Positions 53,190-64,000 of a stretch of DNA of 64,000 nucleotides are shown here, one piece after another. Every line of letters begins with the position of its first letter. Within the stretch, counting starts at the first letter, position 1. Made by a program: the position numbers and the translations under genes. The notes under the pieces were generated by a model, which worked only from the letters and a program-made list of their open reading frames with translations, did not search any database and had not been told where the DNA came from. Source of the DNA: Rhynchopus sp. YZ270_cl-10 (taxonomy: Eukaryota); contig OZ037835.1 in NCBI GenBank assembly GCA_964035575.1, forward strand, positions 1,302,001 to 1,366,000, in the 5' to 3' direction.

Positions 53190-53791
53190 GAGAGGACAAG
53201 GGAAGAAAGGGGGAAAAGTGAGGTGTGGCGCCATGGAAACAGTAATTGCCTTGCTGCCTTAAAGGCGGGGGGTGCTTTATCATATTCAGAACCCATCTGT
53301 GAGGCCTTTAGCAAACACGTCATATTGTGCAAAATGCTCGAAGGAGAAGGGGGAAAAAAATGTGGGAGCGAACAACAATTATACTTAGTCTTGTATTGCT
53401 GTTGACAGATACGAGAAAAAACCGTGCGTGCTATTTGTGTACTATTTTTTTATTTTTTTTATCACACGCCATACACCCCCCTCTCGGGGCCCGCTGTTCG
53501 CCCTCGAAACAAGATCAGGGAAACTGTCTCCGCACTGCCTCGAGCGGTGTGGAACCCCGCCACGTAGAACGACAAGAAAACGTGGTTAGAGACAGCTGCA
53601 CTTTTTACCTTTGCTTTTTTTTTTTTTTTTGTGTTTTCTCTTGTTTTTTTTTTTTTAAATATTTTTGACAGGGCCTTCAACCATCGACAAAGTCTGTCCA
53701 CAGTTTTGTCGAAGTAAAAAAAAACACCGATTAAGTACAAAGCCTTAGGGCGACATTGTGTACAGATCCTACCTCGGTAGGTGATTGTCGA

Positions 53792-54492
53792 CAGGGTCCT
53801 CAAGGGGGTGCAAAAAAATTTTTTTGCACCCAAAAAAAAAAAAAAAGAAAATTCGGGGGGTGCAAAAAATATTTTTGCACCCCCCCCCAAAAAAAAAAAA
53901 GTTTTTTTGGGTCGAAAAAAATTTTTTGAGGGGGGATTTCAGGCTTCAGCAGGGATTCTCTGGCTTTTCGTCAGCACCACAACAGACACAGCCAAGCACC
54001 ACGAGGTGGCTGTCACACTCACAATGTGTGAAAGTGGTGCCAGGGATGCTCCCTGCGATTGTCGCCACCTTTAGCAGTCCAGGAAAGCAAGCGAAGTGAT
54101 TATGTGGAAGTGTATTTCGTTTTATGCATGGGTACTGAGTGTAATTTTCCGCTCGCTGCGCTCGCGGAGGTACACCTTAAAATTTTTTTCCGCTCGCTTC
54201 GCTCGCGGAAAGACACCCCAATGTGAAATAAAAAAACGGGCGCAGGAAAATTTTTTTGAGCCTCCCACGATTTCACAAAAACCCAAAAAAATAGCGTCAG
54301 GCCCTGGTTTCCCCATTTTCCCGTGAATTTTCACACCTCTTCCAACTTTGTCAGGGAGGAGCGCGCGCGAAGCGCGCGTGACGACCGCTTGTGTGGGGAG
54401 AAAGCTCGGAATGGACTTTTCTGAAGGGTTTTGTACAGAAAAATTTTTGCACCCCCAAAATTCCCAGAGAGGGGTGCAGGCTGAGGACCCTG
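53792..54492. mobile_element. hAT-like MITE A (701 bp)
   Basis: TIR CAGGGTCCTCA and 8 bp TSD ATTGTCGA. TGCACCC subterminal repeats. Confidence 0.9.
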
Positions 54493-54504
54493 ATTGTCGA
54501 TACA

Positions 54505-55339
54505 CAGGGTTTTATCTCCTTATATGTTAGTGGTCCCTAGACCGGGTAAAATAAAAAAAAAAATATTTACCCGGTCCAGAGATTTTTTTGTGGGGGGGTG
54601 GGGGGGGGTTCGACCCCCCTTGGGGGTTTTTTCAGACGTGTCCAGGGGGGGTGGAGAAAAAAAAATCCGGGGGCCCGAAAAAGTTCCAGGGGGGGTCAGG
54701 CCCGGCATGCACCCACACTCGCCATGGGGCCATATTCAGCCTCGTGCCTCGTGAACAAAGTGACCCCGTGACAGCCAGAACGCGACTCAATTTGTCAAGC
54801 GCCGAAGCAAAAGGAAGCATGCAGCTTGGCAAAAGACAAAAAGTAGCGTACCGTGCGCCTGCGGCGCAAGATTGCAACCCACCCATGACATAGTTTGGCT
54901 GTAAAATGTGCAATTTTAAGCACAATATTTTGAAATGTTGCGTACCGTGGCTTCGCCAAAACTTTCGTTCAGCAAAATATGGAAGTAACATTTACGGGAA
55001 CTGACGATAATGACCAACGACAGTGCCATTTGATGTCAACATTTTTTTTAGAAATGTTGCGTACCGTGGCTTCGCCAGGAACCTTTGCCATGACTGCCGT
55101 TTCTTTTTGTAGATGTCTATACGAGGAAACGTCCGCACGCTACCGACCTGACATGATTTTTTTGCTTATTCCGCAAAGGTGGGGAACGTGAGATGACATG
55201 CAATATGCGAGTGAATGCAGCAATTTTAACGGTTTACCGGGACATTTTCGCCGGAGGCGAAAAATTTTTTTGACCACTTTTTTGCCAGACCGGGTAGACC
55301 GGGTAGAATTTTAAAATGTTTTTTCAAGATAAAACCCTG
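54505..55339. mobile_element. hAT-like MITE B (835 bp)
   Basis: TIR CAGGGTTTTATCT and 8 bp TSD TCGATACA. ACCGGGTA subterminal repeats. Confidence 0.9.
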
Positions 55340-56128
55340 TCGATACAACAAAAAAAAAAAAAAAAAAAAAAATTGACCTCCCCGAGCCCGCGCGCGCTTC
55401 GCGCGCGCGGGTGCAGCAAATCGCAGGGAGAAGCTTTCAGGTATTTATACAGGTTTTGGTCATTTTTGAAAACTCGGTCAACCAAAAAACTCCTCCTGTC
55501 CCACAAACGTGTATTTCAACACAAGCAGCATTGGTAGCTTTGTAGCCACTGGTGACCCACAAGCCGTAGTGGGTATCACACCTGTCTTATCAGTAAGCTC
55601 AGTACATTTATAACAACAAAGGTCCCTGGCGAAGCCACGGTACGCAACATTTCAAATATTGCGCATACCACGGCGCTTTATTTACAGCCAAACTATGTCA
55701 TGGGAAGGGTGGGATGCCTGCTTGCGCCGCAGGCGCACGGTACGCTACTTTTGCCTGGCTCACTCCTCGTTGGGTTCTACGAGCTCTGTCCAAATGGTCA
55801 CAGTGGATCACAGGAGAATGTTAAAGTTAAAACCCTGAACCGAGTTTCTCCCGTGGACTACCCTGCAACTCGGTCAGAGATAAAAGGATTTTGCCAAAAT
55901 CCCATATTTTTTTTAGATTTGTCGAACTTCGACAAAAAAAAAAACCAAAATAAAAAAGTTGTCGAAGTTAAGGCTTAACTTCGACACGTTGAAGGCCCTG
56001 ATTTTTGAGATACACTGTCACAAGAGGGCTTTGTATTTCGAAGTCTCTCAGCGATGTCAAAACTTTTCATCAGTCCTATTCGTGGTCATTTACCCCCCCC
56101 CCCCCCCTAAATTTACCCCCCCCCCTTA

Positions 56129-59100
56129 CACGGCGGGGTCCACACACCCGAGGGTCCGTAAATTTTACGGACCCTCTTTACGGACCCTCAAGTGCGGACC
56201 CGGGTCCGTAATTACGGACCCTAGGGTCCGTAATTACGTACCCTAGGGTCCGTAATTACGGACCCTAGGGTACGTAATTACGTGGTCTAAGGTGGGAAAT
56301 CACTGTTTGGATGTGTGACTGCTGGTCGAAAAGCCCTGGGAGCAAACCGAGTGGTACACAGGTACCACATGATAGACCATGATCATGTGGGCCTATCCCA
56401 AGTTACATACCGAAAAAAGTCGTGAGCTCGGTTAGTTGTCAAAGACGTCTTCCACCATGCACTGAGGAGATAATGATCCAACAATTTACAAGAAAGATTA
56501 CTTAACCTACTGCTGGAAATTGCCAGGTCGTAGTAACACACAAAGTGTGCCTCCGTTCGGGAAGACCGGATATTCTAGAGACCAAAAAGGCCTCAAGAAT
56601 ATCTTCCGGTAGTCAAGGTATAACCGAGTGAACGGCCCAAGACCCCCGTGGAGAAGTTAAATGTTGTAATGCTATCAAGTAGAAACTGCGAACACTGTCT
56701 TACCCTCCTCAATACATGGTGGAATATTTCTTTGACAACAAACCGAGCTCAAGAGTTTTTAAACTTCCCTGAGGGAATGCGATACGCAAAATTTACCACC
56801 AGACCCTGTCTTCGTGCACCTTCGGTGCAACGCTGCAGACAGGCCAAACTGCGTTGGACTCAGAGGAATGCCTGCTGTGCAGTGTATCAATGAGAACCAA
56901 GTCCCAGCAACAAGGGGCGCCTTTTGGCGGGCGTTGTTGAGGGTGTTTGGGGTGCAAAGTTTTCCACAATTTTGATGCGCGGGTACAGAAGTGTTGTCTT
57001 GTTCTTTCATCTTTAGGAATGTAAATGTCAATCGCGTTTAACGACCACTAGGGCTTGTTCAGTGAACCCACGAGGGGTCGAAGGGGGTTGGTTATCCCAT
57101 AGCTATCAAAGGTTGTGTCGACCAGGCTAATCCACTATGTTACGCTGTACGTTGTTAAATCCGAAGAAATAACACTTTAGCAGCCGCAGGAAGTTTGTTA
57201 AAAAGAGTGCCTCACGCTACACAAACCACCACCCGCGATTGACTTAGATGTTATAACAAAGAGAATTCAGAACAAAACAACACCCTGCCCCATACACACT
57301 AAATTGTCATGCTTCAAGAGCATGCCTGGGCCAAAATTACTGTTGACCAAAAAGGCAACAAGACCACCCACAAGGAGTGTGAATTGTGCACTGGTTTTCT
57401 GGGGGAACGCAATATTTTCTTGTGTCTAGTCCTCCGCAAGCAGAGGACAGACTTTCCGGAAGGTTTCCAAAGTCGAATTTCTTGCACTAGCTATGCTCCC
57501 TTGGTCAATGGCTATAGCAGTGACTGACTAAGTGTACCCACCCCCCTCCACCCAGATCTTCGAGAATAGATTGATGCGGGTAGATTTTGAGTTGTTGAAT
57601 GTCGGACCGCGGTGAAGCTTCTCATCGCAATCGCGGGTGCAGTTCAGACTTCACGATCCTGTGATAAGTGTAAATGTGGGGTGTGATTAAGTTATGGTAT
57701 ACAAACGTAGTAGTCGGGAAAGGTGAGGTTAATAAAAAAGGCTATTTATTGCCGTGAAATAAGATAGATTTTTTCCACGCTACAGGTCGAGAGAGTGACC
57801 TGCTGCACAAATGGTTCGAGTGAAGCGAGGTGAATTATGTGAAGCAGGTAACGAGCGCCTGTGGAACCAAATAGAAACGTAACACTCATCACACGATAAA
57901 ACCCATGGGAGAGGTTGTGGTGAAACGCACACACCTCGACCTGAGGAGTGGCTCTGCAGCGCGGTTCGTCCCCAGAACCGCAAGTGTGTTCAAAATGCTT
58001 TGTTTCTATTTCCTCCTTCATGTCATGAGGTGACACAAAATGATTGGTGCGTAAAAAAATAGCTATTTAATAGTGTGAACATTACGCGTTTATTTCGAGT
58101 TGAAAACACGAACAAGTTGAAATATGCGGCATTTTTTTGTTCAATCTTCACTAGTAACTGAAAGTTAAACATAATTACATACCTTGTCTTCCCCGTAACC
58201 TGCGCCTTCGCTGCTTTTAAGGTGCTTTCTCTGGGTGCCCAGTACCCAGTACCCAGTACCCAGTACCCAGTACCCAGTACCCAGTACCCAGTACCCAGTA
58301 CCCAGTACCCAGTACCCAGTACCCAGTACCCAGTACCCAGTACCCAGTACCCAGTACCCAGTACCCAGTACCCAGTACCCAGTACCCAGTACCCAGTACC
58401 CAGTACCCAGTACCCAGTACCCAGTACCCAGTACCCAGTACCCAGTACCCAGTACCCAGTACCCAGTACCCAGTACCCAGTACCCAGTGTCTTCGAGAAC
58501 CTAAAAATGCGTTTTGTTGAAATTTTCTGGCTTTTTCTGAACTTTTCCCAGCTACTTTTCTGGTCGTAGCCGACTTTTCTGATCGAGTAGCTATTTTCAC
58601 TTTTCTGGTGTATGAGTAGGTTTTCTGGGTGGGAGACTGGATTCTGGGTACAGTGGTGTGTCTGGGCACCCAGGCACCTGGGTACTGGTGTATTTTCGGC
58701 CCAGGTACCCCGGTACACGGTACACTGGTGTACAAGGAAAAAAGTCGTGAAAAAAGCAACCACAGCTCCACATGACAAACACGAAAGTGTCCAGTCACGT
58801 GGGGCATTCATGCACTGAGGAGATAATGATCCAACAATTTACAAGAAAGATTACTTAACCTACTGCTGGAAATTGCCAGGTCGTAGTAACACACAAAGTG
58901 CGCCTCCGTTCGGGAATACCGGATATTCTAGAGACCAAAAAGGCCTCAAGAATATCTTCCGCTGGTCAAGGTATAACCGAGTGAACGGCCCAAGACCCCC
59001 GTGGAGAAGTTAAATGTTGTAATGCTATCAAGTACAAACTGCGACCACTGTCTTACCCTCCTCAATGCATGGTGGAAGATGTCTTTCACAACAAATATCC

Positions 59101-59596
59101 TGTACACAGGTACACAGATACACAGGTACACAGGTAAAACCCGTGTGTGTGAAAGTTAAAAATAGCTATATTTGCATTTTTCGCCCAGCATTGAGGACAC
59201 ATAGGCCCACCAAGGGCAATTTTGTGATGTCAAAAAAAATTTTTTTTCGGCCCAAAAATTGACTTGTTTTCGGTAAAACCCACTAAAAATTGTGGTACTC
59301 TAAACTGCGTTTTAGACCCCCACAGATGCTCAAAAGTGCCAAATTTTGCTTTTAATGGCCTCAAATCGTCGAAATTAGCCCTAAACGGGGGCAAAAAAAA
59401 TTTTTCGAGAGTCCCTTTCCCTGGGAGGCTCCGTAATTACGTACCCTAGGGTCCGTAATTACGGACCCTAGGGTACGTAATTACGGACCCTAGGGTCCGT
59501 AATTACGTACCCTAGGGTACGTAATGACACTCCGTAAAGAGGGAGTGTCCTAACATGCCGTTTTACGGACCCTCGGGGTGTGCGGACCCCGCCGTG
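56129..59596. mobile_element. Non-autonomous CACTA/CMC-like DNA transposon (3.5 kb)
   Basis: ~34 bp TIR CACGGCGGGGTCC(A/G)CAC..CCCGAGGGTCCGTAAA and 2 bp TSD TA. Palindromic GGGTCCGTAATTACGGACCCTA subterminal arrays at both ends. Confidence 0.8.
58238..58488. repeat. (CCCAGTA)n 7-mer satellite, ~36 copies
   Basis: Perfect tandem array inside the 56129-59596 element. Confidence 0.95.
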
Positions 59597-60510
59597 TATT
59601 TTACCCCCTTTTTCAGAAAAAAACGGTTCAGGCCAAAATAACATGGTAATTTACCCCCCCCCCCTTATAATACCCTGTTGTGGCTGGTACTTTACCCCCC
59701 TGGGGGGGTAAAGTACCAGCCACCAGGTAATTTTTGGGTAATTATCGCCGCAACACGCCAGGTGGTGTTTTGTCACGAGTGACCTAAACCCACGAGCGAA
59801 GCGAGGGGGTTCAGGGAACGAGTGGCAAAACACCACCTGGCGTGTAATTATGGGGTAATAGTTTCACTTAGTGCAGCGCATACCTGTTTTGTTTTATGGT
59901 TTGCTGGGAGGGGCTGATGTGTTCAGCGGGTCGTACATCCGGAGACTGTAGGACTCGTCTGATTTGAAGCTGGAGACAAGCTCGAAATGAGGAAAGGGGT
60001 AAAGTGCAAATAATCTTTCACCCTGTTTTACATCACGTGTGCAGGTAGATGGGTGCAGGTGGGTACGTTTGTGCTGCGTGGGCGATACGTTTGGGACACC
60101 TCACGGAATCTGAGGCAACACCGTGATCCCTGACCAGTCATGGTTCAGGCACGGGCAGAAAGATGATGTGGATGATGTGGATCCATGATGCATGACTGCT
60201 TGCGATGTCGCAAGGAAGTGAGGAATTTTTTTCAGATGACACATTTGTCATGAGAGCATGTGTCGTCACACTGTGTTGTGCAAAATTTTACCCCACCGTG
60301 TATGAAAAAGTCCCCCCTTCCCACCCAAAAACATGACCTAACCCATAACATGGTAATTTACCCCCCCCCCTTACCCCCTCATTTACCCCCCCCCCTTATT
60401 TTACCCCCTTATTTCCAAAATTTCCGGTTCACCGACCCAAAGGGGGGGGGGGTAAATGACCACGAATAGGACTGATGAAACCTTTTTTCAAAAAAGCTGC
60501 TCCCCCCCAC

Positions 60511-61561
60511 CACAGCAGAGAATAAGGTAGGGGGGGCCGGGGACCGGGGACCGGGTTATTCTCAGCCGGACTGGGACACAATATGTAGAAAACAGTGGTG
60601 AAAACGCCCGAAAGTGGGAGGGGACCCGGGCGCGGGAGGGTGGGGGACCGGGACCAGGACCAGGTACTGGTCCCGGTCTCTGTCCCGGTCCTGGTCCAGG
60701 ACCGGGACCGGGACCGATACCAGGACCGGGACTGGGACCAGGACCGGGACCGGGACCAGGACCAGGACTGGGACCGATACCAGGACCGGGACTGGGACCA
60801 GGACTGGGACCAGGACTGGGACCAGGACTGGGACCGGGGACCAGGACCAGTACCAGGACCGGGACCAGGACCAGGACCAGGACCAGGACCAGGACCAGGA
60901 CCAGGACCAGGACCAGGACCAGGACCAGGACCAGGACCAGGACCAGGACCAGGACCAGGACCAGGACCAGGACCAGGACCAGGACCAGGACCAGGACCAG
61001 GACCAGGACCAGGACCAGGACCAGGACCAGGACCAGGACCAGGACCAGGACCAGGACCAGGACCAGGACCAGGACCAGGACCAGGACCAGGACCAGGACC
61101 AGGACCAGGACCAGGACCAGGACCAGGACCAGGACCAGGACCAGGACCAGGACCAGGACCAGGACCAGGACCAGGACCAGGACCAGGACCAGGACCAGGA
61201 CCAGGACCAGGACCAGGACCAGGACCAGGACCAGGACCAGGACCAGGACCAGGACCAGGACCAGGACCAGGACCAGGACCAGGACCAGGACCAGGACCAG
61301 GACCAGGACCAGGACCAGGACCAGGACCAGGACCAGGACCAGGACTGGGACGATACCAGGACCAGGACTGGGACCGATACCAGGACCGGGACCGGGACCA
61401 GGACTGGGACCGGGGACCAGTACCAGGACCGGGACCAGTACCAGGACTGGGACCGGGACCAGGACCAGGACCAGGACCAGGACTGGGACCGATACCAGGG
61501 CCGGGACTGGGGCCAGGGACCGGGGAGCGGGGACCGGGGACCGGGCTTATTCTCTGCTGTG
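60511..61561. mobile_element. TIR element with 8 bp TSD (P- or hAT-like), filled with a GGACCA satellite
   Basis: 16 bp perfect TIR CACAGCAGAGAATAAG and TSD CCCCCCAC on both sides. Confidence 0.8.
60640..61545. repeat. (GGACCA)n 6-mer satellite: pure core ~60862-61343 with degenerate flanks
   Basis: About 80 perfect units, flanked by GGACCG/GGACTG variants. Confidence 0.95.
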
Positions 61562-62373
61562 CCCCCCACTGCCTTGAGTAGTGTGTAACCCCGTCACATG
61601 GAACAACAAGAACACGTAGTACCAGGGTAAAGTGCATGCACTAAACCTGCCTACACTGTAGGCAATCGTTAAAGGGGGGTCAGTTTGGTATGGTTTTCGG
61701 GGGACTTCTGCGAGCATTTGCCCGAAGTCAGTTTTCACCTTTCCAGGTGGAAGCAACACCACCCCCTTTTCCTTCCTTTTTCATTTGCTTCCTCCCCTCC
61801 CTCCCCTGTCCCCGCTCTAACGACGTGCGTCTGTGTTTTCAACAGTACAGCGCGTCGTGCAGTATATTTCATTTTTCTTCTTCAATTGTTTGCTGTGTGA
61901 CTATGATTGCTACGATCAAAAGGTTAACGCTGAGAGGAGTCGTCCAGCTCATCCAAATATTTCTCTTATTTCCCCCTTCCTCCCCTCAGAATCCCCCCCT
62001 GCCACCTGATTTTGGCCCGGTAGCAACTTACGCTACACCGTCAAACCCAAATCAAAATCATGTAGTCCTGGATTTCTTATACAACTCAACCAAACCCCTG
62101 ACTGATCGTGCGTATGACGTGGGTAGCGAACCATCTAAAACAAAAGACGAACGGGGGGGGTTTTTATTATTTATCACCAAGTGAGACCATGAATTTCACA
62201 ACCCGTTTTCACGCGTACAAAGTTTCGCCCTCGGACAAAAATGCTGCCCCCTCGGGCTGTTTCCACCTGTGCGTGAAATACTGGAATATAAATTCACGGT
62301 AATAATATATATTACAACCCTTCATCTTTCTTGTTACAGATTGTATCTTCCCATGACCCCAAAAGATTTTTTA

Positions 62374-62491
62374 CCGTATTCGTACAAATTATCGGCCGTA
62401 CTAATGTAGGACCGTAAAAAATGTTCGACCCTTTCAGGGTTTTTCTGGAGGTTCGACCTTTTTTACGGTCGATACTTTGTACGATATACGG
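62374..62491. mobile_element. 118 bp Tc1/mariner-type MITE, second copy (opposite orientation)
   Basis: TA|CCGTATTCGTAC...GTACGATATACGG|TA. The interior matches 46547-46664 in reverse. Confidence 0.8.
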
Positions 62492-62688
62492 TATTCAAAA
62501 AAAGAGGAGACGACGCTGATGGACAAAACTCTATCTTTCGACTGAAAATGTTATCTTAGCCATCTTCACATGAACATGTCCCCAACCCCCAAGCCCAAAC
62601 CTCGCCTCAATTTAATCGATGTGCCCCCTTCACCTACCAACATACCCAGCAGTCTTCCCTTTTCTGTACACCTCTGAACAATGGTGTC

Positions 62689-64000
62689 ATGCGGCATCCA
62701 GTGCTGCTGTGTGTGGTGCTGATTCTGTCGACAGGTGCGATCATCGGTGGCTTCACGTTGACAACATGGGACGACCTTCTGGAGAAGGCACGTGACACAG
62801 GTGATGAGGGCTTTGGGATGTGTCTTGACAGTGGCACGGCGGACATCGAAACGGTCTCGTCGCGCTACCTGCGCTCCGTCCTTGGCAACGTGGACACTGC
62901 GGTGAAGGAGTACCTGAAGGTGCCTGAGCAGCTGGTGCTATCTATGGCCAACCTTGCGACTGCGCACCACCCAAACGTCAGCACGAGCCCCGCCTTTGCG
63001 GATACGGTTATGCGCCCTGCTTTGATGTCCGCTTATCGTGCTGGGACGACGTCTGGATTGGAATACATTTCGTACGAATCGTACCCATGGTCCCCAGCAC
63101 ATCCTGTTCCGTGGAAGAGGGGTGACGGGTTTGCAGGGTGGGGCTCGCGGATGGGGTTCAGGGAGGCGAACCCTGCTGCTTCTGTCCTTCCGACGAATGG
63201 TTCCCAGGTCATTATGGCGTACGAGATGCGTGACCATGTGACGGGGGCGACAGGTATATCTGACTGGGTCTCCTACAGTGAAGCCACGGACAGAGGCGAC
63301 AGAAGGTTCCCGGATATGCCGTGCAACTACTTCCCGGACTACAACAAGGGGGAGTGGACCGGTATCTGCCTATTTACTATGGATCAAAGCGAGCCCTTGG
63401 GCACGCCAGGCCAGATATCCCGTGGCAAGCAGATCTACAACCTGGGTGCCGCTGACCCGCCCCTGTATCCTACGGAGACACTGATCTACACAAACCTGAA
63501 TGTGCAGTGGGGTCTTATGTACTGGGAGCTGAGCTACACCCTCACCCACCCAGAGATGTACACGATGCACCCCAAGCAGGGCAAGCGTGTGGGTGTCATC
63601 ATGGCGTCGGTGACCGCAGAAGGGATAAAAAGGGCAGTGAATGCACAGCTGCTCCCAGACGACACGTCGCTGTACCTGGTGGAGTACGATCGTGTGGCAG
63701 ACACAACAGGAACGGTTGCCGCGTACAACAGAGGGAGGCATCTGCGGATGGTGCATACAGTGACTCCCTGGGGTGCTCCACAAACGATATCATACACCTT
63801 CAACGTAACGAACCACTCAATGGAAGACGCCACGTCGCACATCCCCTCAGTGATTGCAGAGCATGGGCGGTTTGTGTTCACACCCACAGAACTACAGAGA
63901 CCTTGTGGAGATGACAGAGGACTCCTTCCTGAAGTGGTCTGACTCGAACGGCACGGAGTTCTGGACAGTGGCAACGACAATTCAACACAGAACGATTACA
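62689..64000 (+). CDS. N-terminal TM + extracellular domain of another receptor-like membrane protein (probably cyclase-like family); frameshifted near 63885 and running off the window
   Basis: Hydrophobic N-terminal helix and a layout similar to the 38856 family. After ~63885 an alternative frame stays open to the window end (NYRDLVEMTEDSFLKWSDSNGTEFWTV...). Confidence 0.65.

Larger units (their letters stand above)
53669..56000. mobile_element. hAT-like non-autonomous element containing two nested hAT-like MITEs
   Basis: 13 bp TIR CAGGGCCTTCAAC and 8 bp TSD ATTTTTGA (53661-53668, 56001-56008). TGTCGAA subterminal repeats. Confidence 0.9.
56071..60474. mobile_element. TIR element with 2 bp AT duplication (superfamily uncertain); hosts a nested CACG element
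   Basis: >30 bp TIR CAGTCCTATTCGTGGTCATTTACCCCCCCC. The empty site AAAACTTTTCATAAAAA occurs in other host-repeat copies. TTTACCCCC subterminal repeats. Confidence 0.85.

Noticed and set aside
60862..61343. Hexamer array as telomeric repeat
   Set aside because: The unit GGACCA is not TTAGGG-like, and the array is internal to a TIR/TSD-bounded element.
60429..61637. Long (GP)n, (DQ)n and (SW)n ORFs
   Set aside because: Stop-free translations of the GGACCA satellite inside a TIR element; no unique coding content.

Overview
Eukaryotic (protist) genomic DNA, most consistent with a euglenozoan, probably a diplonemid-like lineage. This is inferred from a degenerate 18S rRNA fragment with euglenozoan-type motifs, intronless genes that all lie on the + strand, CA/pyrimidine-rich leaders ending in (C)AG, and expanded receptor-cyclase-like genes. 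Two themes dominate. (1) Genes: six genes share one design, an N-terminal ubiquitin-like (UBL) domain plus a repeat-type binding domain (3 LRR, 1 DUF4116-like, 2 WD40), with different C-terminal localisation tags (CaaX, bipartite NLS, tail anchor) and hypervariable, copy-number-variable LRR units. Also present are a scramblase-like gene, a bacterial-type sirtuin, ArsC, a questin-oxidase-like gene, receptor-type pseudo-nucleotidyl-cyclases and a 5'-truncated non-LTR retrotransposon. (2) Intergenic DNA: a dense, nested set of non-autonomous DNA transposons (hAT-, Harbinger-, CACTA/CMC-, Tc1/mariner- and P-like, plus TA-duplicating GG-ended elements and two ~1 kb foldback palindromes). Most boundaries can be resolved to the base from TIRs, TSDs and empty-site copies. 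Five different elements hit the same ~125 bp segment of one host repeat. No transposase, tRNA or CRISPR array is recognisable. All family assignments come from motif reading by eye; no database search was run.
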